NCBI GenBank assembly: GCA_028023455.1
Contig: JAQFVV010000003.1
Span: 27,466,001 to 27,530,000, forward strand
Length of the DNA stretch: 64,000 nt
From: Epiperipatus broadwayi
Lineage: Eukaryota > Animalia > Onychophora
Direction of reading: 5' to 3'
A program made the position numbers and the translations under genes. Position 1 is the first letter of the stretch; each line of letters starts with the position of its first letter. The notes beneath the pieces were generated by a model. The model did not search any database. It saw only the letters and a program-made list of their open reading frames with translations, and had not been told where the DNA came from. Positions 54,889 through 64,000 of this stretch are shown here, in pieces.

Positions 54889-57647
54889 ATGCCAAGTCCA
54901 AAGTTGAGCTTTAGCTTTTATATCTTGATATAGATAGATAGAGAAAAACATTTAGATATGTATATAGAAAAATAGTGGTTAATGAATATATAGATAGTAG
55001 TTATTATCATAAACAAAATTGAATATGTTAGAATTAAAATAGATATTCTTGATTCCAGTATTGAGATAGATATCAATGATAGATATAAGAATTAAACTGT
55101 TAAACTATGAGGATTTTTTTTTGTAATGATTTCTTTTTAAAAAAATATTTTTAAAAATATGTGTAATCTTTTGAATTGGGTTATATGTTGCATTTAAGCA
55201 TCAAAAATATCAAATTATAAAATGCCTATATATATATATATATTGATAACACCAACATTTTTAAGCCAATATAATTAAAATATTGCTATATTATTCATTG
55301 TTTTCAATTTGCATTATTATTTTTTCTTTAAAATTATATATAATAAAATAGTTAATTATCCTAGTAGATATTTTTTGATATGACATGTATGCTGCATATC
55401 TTTTAAAAAAAAAAATTAGAAATAGAAATATGGAAAAAAAAAACTACAATTCTTAAATTTTTTGATTAAACTCTATCTCAAATTGAACAACTTTTGTCAA
55501 ATGACAGATAACTGCACAAAATATTTGCCATTCTTTTTCAATTTTTACATATTAATTTTTAATTCTTGTTCTTTATAAATAGCAATTATAGTAATTAATT
55601 CTAAAGTTTTATATATATACATCAATGATAATGTGTCCCATTATTTGTATATAGAGAATCAAAAAACATCTAATATAAGTTCAAACTTAGATAAACTAGT
55701 TCTCCCTCATATTTATGATATTGATATCTATAGTTTCATTTATCTTCTATTAAATTTTTTTGTAAATTTAATATAAAAAAATTATTGCTGTATATTTTTC
55801 TCAAAGCAAAAAAAAATTCTGATTGTATTATTTGAGTTAAATTATTTTTGTAAATAGAGTTTTAGTTGAGCTTTGTTAAGGATTTATAATATTTAAGTTA
55901 AGGAAATCATATTTTATATATAGATAATAAATTGTAGAGCTAAATTTGATATTTTAAAAGAGTTTTTTAAAAAGGTTATAATGTAAATAAATATTTAATT
56001 AAACTTCTAATTGCAACAATCTTAAATAATGTCAGTACTTATCTAATTAATTGATAATATTTGAAAGGTGTGCTCTGAGCAGTAGGCTTTAATTATAAAA
56101 ATATCTAGTTGATTTCTTCATCAGGAAGCAATTTCTGTTCTGTTTGCTAGAACATTAATTGAAATTAACATGCAACTATTTATGTGTTAAATTTGAAAAT
56201 TGTGAATATATATATATTAGTGTATATAAATATATATTTTATTTTATATTAGTTAGACATGTTTTATAAAATAATTGTTAGTTCAGTAGTAATATCTTCT
56301 TGTAAGCAAAATGTTTAAATTTGGACTGCTCAATTTGGAATTAAAAAAAAATCATTTGAGATTATCTGTGAGAGTTATGCCATCAATAAAACAACAACTA
56401 TTATTTTTTTCAAGTTGGGTAGATCTTAATACCATAAGTAACTGCTTATGAGAGCAAAAAAATATTACACCATAACAGCACACAGCAGCAATACAATTAG
56501 TGAACTGTAACTATCAGGAAATGATATGGAAATCTTCAGAACTTAATAGCTTGAATAGTCATTCTAAAAAGCAAGAGGAAAAATTACTGATTATATAGCT
56601 TTGAAAATATAATTACAGGTATAGCTAGATACAAAAAGAAAAAACAAATGTAAAGCAAAGTAAAATTACTATATATATTTGGTATAATTGTTATCAGTGA
56701 AAAAATCAAGTTGTCATTTAAAAACAGTATATTGACACAAAATTAATTTGTGCATGTGTCATACTTTTTTAAAACCAATCTTCATAACTAAGTTACCTTA
56801 AACTGCTGAATACAAATATTACGTATAAATAATAAATATATTCAAATGTGATTATTTGACTTTGAATATATGTTATTCTAGGAAATAACAATTTTATAAA
56901 ATGCAACAAAACATTAAGCTAATATTTACATTTGGGTCAAATGTTTTTGCTTTCACTGCCATTATTTTATAGAACACAAAAAGAAAGAAAAACATTGCCA
57001 TAAATTCTGTATATCTTTTACACTCACCGTCAATTTTTTACAGATATCACAAATTATATTATTGTTTTAACTTTATAACAAATTATAAATTTTCCACAAT
57101 TGTTTCTATGGTTAATAACTTTATAAAGAAAAATTAAAAAAATACTTTATTTTTAGAGAAAAAAATAACAATAACATTAAAGCTTACAAACTTGATATGA
57201 TGAGTTAATATAGAGGAATTTGATATTGGATTAGCAGTAATGTAGATATTAAATCTTAAAAATAAATCTTTAGAATTTACTGCATAGTCAGAAATTAACA
57301 GTAGGCTTTTATCTAATAAAATATGTGTCTATGCACATTACAATTAGTAAATATAAGTAAAATAATCAGTGATGGGTTTTTATTGAAATAAATAGAAAAT
57401 GTGTTGTGGCTATTTGTTAAAATATTTTGAAGATATTAATACAATTGCTTTTATTGGAAAGTATTTTTACTAAATTTAGATTTAGAAATGATCCATTGAC
57501 ATAAAGACAGCTAACAAATCACTAACATTTGTAAAGTTTGTACCACATTTAAGTACCGGCTAAATCAATTTCTGCCAGAAATATTTACCATAACATTAGC
57601 AAGTCGCAAAACAAGTGACCGTTGTTATATATACGCTAATGCATTAT

Positions 57648-58160
57648 GTGAGTGGTTCTTAACTTTGAAATGTTGCAGATCCTTTTATAAGACATTTTGA
57701 TGGATCCCTATTTTCAGCTGTTAACTTTTAGTCATTAACTAATAACTTACAAAAATTTTTTTTTTTTTATTTTAAAAAAATTTTTTTTTAATTATAAAAT
57801 TATTAGATTTAATTATAATTTTAGTACATACAATTTGCAATAAGTTTATTATTTAAAAAAAAAAGTGTTAATTTGAAAAGTTTTGTTAAAATCCAGAATT
57901 TATAATTTATTTTTCAAAAAGTCATTAAGCTAAAACATTATATGTAATATACAAACTTTATTATATAAAGTTATACTAAGCTTTAAAAAATAATTTTAAA
58001 TGCTTGCTAAAATAATAATGTTTTTAGAAAACTGGCTTATAGATTATTGTCAAAGATCATAACTTCAGAACCTACATTATGACAACACAATGAAACTTTT
58101 TAGAATTAAATATTTTTATCCATGATGAACCTTGAAAAAAAAATAGGCCTTTTCTAAAGA
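57648..58160 (+). mobile_element. Possible highly decayed Charlie/Buster hAT remnant
   Basis: agtggttcttaac terminus-like sequence and SKIITSEPT resembling a Buster C-terminus; no matching end or TSD found. Confidence 0.25.
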
Positions 58161-58895
58161 CTTATAAAACTCAAATTAAATGTTTGGATACAAAAAAATT
58201 TTTAAAGTTTAATTCCCAATTTAAAAAAAATTGTCACATTTAACTTCATAAATTAGAAGGTTATCCAACAAAATTTTTTTGAAACAATTTGCAATGGCAT
58301 TTTATAATTGAAGGCACAATATATTTTCTAATAATTGCTTTGAATATTATGAAACGTATTTGTCTTATGAAGACACGGAAGAAATTATATGATATAGATA
58401 ATATTGATGGTTTCAATACAGTGCAACACTTCAGTCCATAACAACAAAATATTCTAGAAACATTGATTCATGGTGTGCTGTTATTAATAATGAAGTTAAA
58501 CAATTATCAGATCATGAAATTATTTAACTATTACTTACTTTGGAGATGTAACTTTGGCTATTGCAGAATTGATCATAAAAAGTATTCATTTTTTTTAAAT
58601 CAAATCTAAGATTCTATTATGTCTTGTGATATGCCATGGTAATAGATAAATAGGATTTCTGAAAATAAATTTTTACAGCAGTAATTATTATTAATCATAT
58701 AAAAACCTATCAAGAATTTGTTCCCTCTATCAGATGAAGAAATTATGTCTTCTCAATGTAAAGCAGATGTGTTCAAATGGGATCAGCTGGAATAGAACTT
58801 TCTTATGTTTATATTGTTTGTTAAGATAAGTTTAATGTAAAATTCAATATTATTAGTCCGCCTTTCAAAAATAATGATTTTGTATATATAAAAAT

Positions 58896-59765
58896 TATTT
58901 CTGAACTGCAGTACATTATACAATAAACTATTTTTCAGTTAATTGAGGTTATTATGATAAATACATTTCTTTTAAGATGCATATATACTCACTGTAAATT
59001 TATCTTTAATAAACTGCTGATATGAACCTAAATATTAAATTTAATAAATTTATTTGTATGTATTCAAGATTAAAAAATATGGTATTCAGTAAATTAGATG
59101 ATAATGAAAATTTAAAATATTCCTTATAGTTTTATTCACTTAATAGAAATTGCCAAATTAATGATATTATATATAACATGTTTGTGTTAGGCTTTTTTTT
59201 AAAGTTAGTAATGTATTATTGTTAGTCTTCATATTTCTTGTATAACCTTATAGTGAAAAAATAAAACTTCCTTCATAATGAAAATAACAGAATCCCTGTA
59301 GTCATTCTACAAGTGCAACAAATTATTTCTTGTATGTATAGCTATCTAGCATGATGTAGTGGTGGTACCAATCAGCCCACTAGTCGACCACAGTCTAGAT
59401 CTTACACACCCTTCCTTTACAGATCTGTAGTTGTGATTTATAAAGATTTATAATCTTTTTAATTATTTATCATATGATTGACTGTTTGGAAGATTACAGT
59501 TACATACAAGCCTGAAGTAGTAGGTTTAGTACAACAGTTCTTTTCACTATCTAAATTGAAATCCCCTAATTTTTTTTTTCAACTGAGGGTCTTCCACTTT
59601 TGAACTTTATTATTAGGCTAAACTGTTGGGGATAACTTTATTATTAAAAATGATTGAAAAGCTAAGTGAAATGAATATTTCTGAACTGCAGTACATTACA
59701 CAATAAACTATTTTTCAATTAATTGAAGTTATTATGATACATTTCTTTTAAGATGCATATATACT
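58896..59765. repeat. Dispersed ~92-bp direct repeat (58896-58989 and 59676-59765)
   Basis: tatttctgaactgcagtacatta.acaataaactattttca.ttaattga.gttattatgat...gatgcatatatact in both copies. Confidence 0.85.
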
Positions 59766-62659
59766 TACCAAGATATTTATTTTAATAATTTTTATTTAAA
59801 TTGCAAAGACATTTTATGTGAGATACTTTTTTTAAAGTAAATTTAAAATAATATGAAACCAAGTCGTCTATTTCAAAGGCAAACAAATCTTCAATAATAA
59901 TCTTTCCTCAGATTAATATATTATTATTTGCAGGCACAATTAATTTTAAATAGATATTATGTGTATATTATATTTTTTCTTTAATCCTTGTCAATCTTTC
60001 ATTTGTCTTTAATTATTTGATGTTTTTATACTTAGGTATATGTTTTTATATGCTCTTTTTATACAGTATATATATTTTCCACTATGAAATATATAAAGAT
60101 ATCTTAAAAAGATAAGTGATCCCCAAGATGCATTTTATGCTGAATCAACATTCTTCAAATGGCCCAGATCATAATCTCTTACACATATTTTCATCATTCA
60201 GTCAGTATTTATCAATATCAGTAAACTACAATTTTATCTACAAATATCAAAATTCCTGTATTCACAATTTTGAAGACATTCACTTTAAATAAATGCACGA
60301 ATGATTATTACTAATTATTTATTGGATTAAATATTATTATATCATTCCTAACTAGATATAAACTTTAAAAGATTAATATATTTGTTATTAGTAATAACCA
60401 CATAGTATAATCCAACTTCATCCTTCAAATTTTGTATCATATTTTTAGATAAGCTTCCACCACACATCTTGAAACATATGAAAATGAATTATAAAAAACA
60501 AACAAACAATATTAATCTTTAATTGAGTTTAAAGTTTATATTTGAACTAGGAATGATATGATAATCTCTAATCTAATAAATGATTCACAATAATTATTAA
60601 TGTATTTATCTAAAATATATGGTACCAAAAATATGAAGACAGGAAGTTTTGGGATTTTGAACTACTGTTTGACATGAATTATATTTTGAGAGTTATTTGC
60701 CTTTTTCATCAGGAATGGTTACTTGAGTTGATGTTTTAAATATATCTAAAAAACATAATGCACATAGAAAAAGAAGAATGAAATTGAATTAATAACATAT
60801 GTTTATTACTAATATAAAAAAAATATTAATTTTTAACTGAGTTTTTATATAAGGGCTAGAAATAGTATAATAATTTTTAGTCTAATAAAAAATGGTAGTA
60901 GTTGGTTAGGTGTACTGTGGCACCATCAAGAACCCCCAAGAAGCCTGCAAGAGATAAATTTCTATCCAAAAATCGCTGAAATTGAAAAATTAAAATGCCT
61001 AAGGCAAAATAAATCGAACAAATCTTTCTAAAATACAAATTAAAAAAAAATAGAAGAAAACGCTATATAATTTGAATTACAAAAACAGAAATCGGTGAAA
61101 ATACATCGAACGCAACCCACACAGACACCCCAAATGAAGAATTCTGTTAAATTATTTATTAGGCTAAAAATTATTATAAATCCAATTATTAAATTGTATT
61201 TATTTTAAGTGGATGGTGTTAAAAATATAGTGAAATTTTAATATATGTATATCAAATTGTATGTATATGTTGTCTTTTATGTACATTATTTATATACTTG
61301 CACATATAGGTTTGTTCAAAGGTGAATTTAGTAACTCAAATGAGTCTTGGTGTGAAAACAATGAAGGCTTTCATTATAGTTAGCTAATGATACTTTTAAA
61401 CCAAAACATTTATTTAAATTTCATATGGAATATTTTAAAATCAGAGTTTTTTTTTAATATAAAGAATATTACATCCATTGTTTTTGTTCTATTTTTTCTA
61501 ATGCATAAATTTAAACTGCATTGTTTAGTTTTTGGATTTTCATTTAAAAATGAAGGTAAAAGCTTATATTTTTTGCAAGATTAGCAGTTTTACAAATAAT
61601 ACAGTGCCAAATTAAATAAATATATTTTAAGTAAGCACCACTTATAAATTCCATTAAGAGTTTTGCTACTGCATTAAAGTAATATTAATTTATGAAGTAA
61701 TAATACATATAATTATATCATTAATAATAGTTTATTGTTTTTTTTTAAAAAAAGTTTATTATGTTTAAAATGTAGACTATTTTTGAATGTTCAAGCATTG
61801 TTAATAAAGTATGTTGTACAATATATATATATTATATAAAAGGTAAAGATGACTAATCGAGAAACTGTAATTTCTTAACAAAAATGGCGATTTATCCTAA
61901 TGATAATACTACTAGGACTAAATTTATAAATTCACGATTTAATCTAAAACTTCTTAGTATTAATTTTTATTGACTAGTTTTTTCTTGGGGGACGACGACT
62001 TTTATTTCTTTTTTCAATTTATTATTGGGTTTAGAGAAAAGAGAAGCGGAGGAATGGGTAGAGAGAGACCAGGGAAAACAAAACATACAGCTTTTCTCGA
62101 TTTACAGCATGTAGATAAATTTCAAATAACCATTTTTTTATTTGTAATTGAAAAAAAAAAGGTTTGGAAATTTAGATTCTTTTGTTTTTAGAAATTTCTT
62201 TCCTCTTTTCTTTGAGGGGGTAGAGAATTACAGTCTGGACTTGATTTATACTAGTTAAACCACGACTACATCTAAAATCTCTTAGTTTTCATTGACAAGT
62301 CTTTTTTTTTTTTTGCCAACTTATTTTTTTATAAATTCAATGTAAATTTTAAAAAAAGTTAAAAAAAAAAAAAAGGTAACATTTTCCCATCCCATTGCAC
62401 ACTACAAGAAATACTTTTTTTAACTTGTTAGAAATTAGTTTCAAAATTAACTTTGTGTTGATTTAAAATGTTTTTATCTGAAAAAATGCTCATTTAAATT
62501 GTAATATCCTTTAGTTTTTAATTAAAATAATAAAATTCAAATCAATAAAAGTTTTTATTTTAGCTTTTTTGTGTGTGATTAATTTGTTGTTTCAAAGCCT
62601 GCCAACATTTTTATTTGGCATGTTTGGATTTCTATTGAATATAACTACATCAATAAACT

Positions 62660-63150
62660 GCATCCCTTTCTCTATAAAAGCCAATAAGAAAGAAGAAATA
62701 TCAAAAGTTTAAAGACTCATAAAAATTTTCAAAACAAAATTGTCAATTATAAATCAAAAGAGGGTTTGAATTAAGTAATACATGCAATTCATCCCTCCTC
62801 CTTCCCTCTGTCCTTTTCAAAAAACCAATAAGGGAAAATTTACAAATTTTTAAAGATAAAATCCTAAAAATTTACAAAATAAATTTCTCAATTGCAAATC
62901 AAAAGAGGTTGTTTGAATTAAATAATATTTCAGATGCAATTTACCTCTCCCTCTCCTCAAAAGCCAATAAGAAAGAAAATTACAAATTTTTAAAGACAAA
63001 ATCATAAAAATTTCCAAAATAAATCTGTCAATTACAAATCAAAAGAGGTTGTTTGAATTAGGTAATACCATAATACAATTTATCCTCTCTTTATTTTTTA
63101 TAAAGCCAATAAGAACAATGAAATTTCAAAACAAATCAATAAATGTAAAT
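62660..63150. repeat. Tandem array, ~140-145-bp unit, ~3.3 copies
   Basis: aaa(g)ccaataag anchors at 62676, 62821, 62959 and 63102, each followed by ...caaatcaaaagagg(tt)gtttgaatta or a variant of it. Confidence 0.8.
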
Positions 63151-64000
63151 CAATATTAGGTCTATTATCCATGATAAGAAATCCAAAGAAACCTAGAAAA
63201 CTTAGAATTGATCTTTTTTAGAAATTGAAAAAACAAATACTACTAAAAGTTTTCAAAAAAAAAAAGATCTTTAATTAAATAAAAACCAATACTAAGAGAT
63301 AATTTATTCAGTAAGTCATGGCAATAAATCACATTTTTTCTTAAGAAATCTTTAAGTGATTGTTTAGTCATCCCAGTATTCTTTCATGACATCAAAGCAC
63401 TTTTTAAAAAGTTAATAAAAGATAAAAATGGAAATACTGAATGAAATATTTTATTATAGTTAACATTTTTAGGAATAATTGATTAAGATTAAATATTGTA
63501 TTTATTTTATAACCAGTAGAATAAACAATTCCTGAAATAAAATTTGGAACAAGAAAATATTTTTCAATCTATGTTCACAGCTGCATAATAGACGATATGT
63601 GTTTACATATGGTACTTTTCCATCTTCTACATTAGAGAATGGAAAAATTTGCCAATGTGTAGAAGCATCTTTAATTACAATTTTATTTAAATATAATAGT
63701 AACAGTTATCACTGTGTATAGTTAATTTATTCACCTGCCTAACTCACTTTCAGGGATTCAAATTTGAAGAAGTTTTGAATTTTCTTCAAGTAGTCAGCCC
63801 ATAACTGACCAGTTGGAAGTTAAAGGTCATTGTAATCTGGTCAAACAAATGGGTATCAATAGTGTAATGTAACACAATGCAACTTTTATTAATGATGAAT
63901 AATGTATCATTCTTAGGGGATATATGCTTATGGTTTAACTTTTTTTAAGTCATTTTACATATATATGTATATGTACACATATATATAAATATATGTAAAT

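Noticed and set aside
58896-59765. TRIM/mini-LTR interpretation of the direct repeats
   Set aside because: No primer-binding site, polypurine tract or TSD seen; treated as a simple duplication.
60120-60470. Minus-strand words CGGSLS...LKDEVGL...DYDLGHL reminiscent of a Wee1 kinase
   Set aside because: Many stops, no HxDxK catalytic motif; similarity is too weak without an alignment.
61871-61962. AAAAATGGCG start-like motif suggesting another gene
   Set aside because: The frame closes after ~29 codons, with no splice donor or recognisable protein.
63690-63950. Possible decayed transposase (LWADYLKKF...QVNKLTIH) on the minus strand
   Set aside because: Short, interrupted, no termini found; family cannot be supported.

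Overview
Very AT-rich animal genomic DNA from an invertebrate-type genome with large introns, plus one 500-N assembly gap; there are no prokaryotic features. Two genes start head-to-head, with ATGs about 400 bp apart. On the minus strand is NEDD1 (WD40 gamma-tubulin ring complex adaptor): two coding exons were found, joined by a U12-type AT-AC minor intron. On the plus strand is a three-coding-exon methyl-CpG-binding gene (10985-33629, 343 aa). It has a MeCP2/MBD4-type MBD, intron phases like vertebrate MECP2, a KLIIKMSF motif, and a stop codon with no glycosylase domain. The rest is intronic or intergenic DNA carrying decayed transposons: hAT elements with 8-bp TSDs, a Merlin-like non-autonomous element, a Ginger2/KRBA2-type integrase, LINE fragments, a Penelope GIY-YIG fragment with hammerhead-like motifs, and several foldback MITEs and tandem repeats. 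All calls were made by eye; no searches were run.
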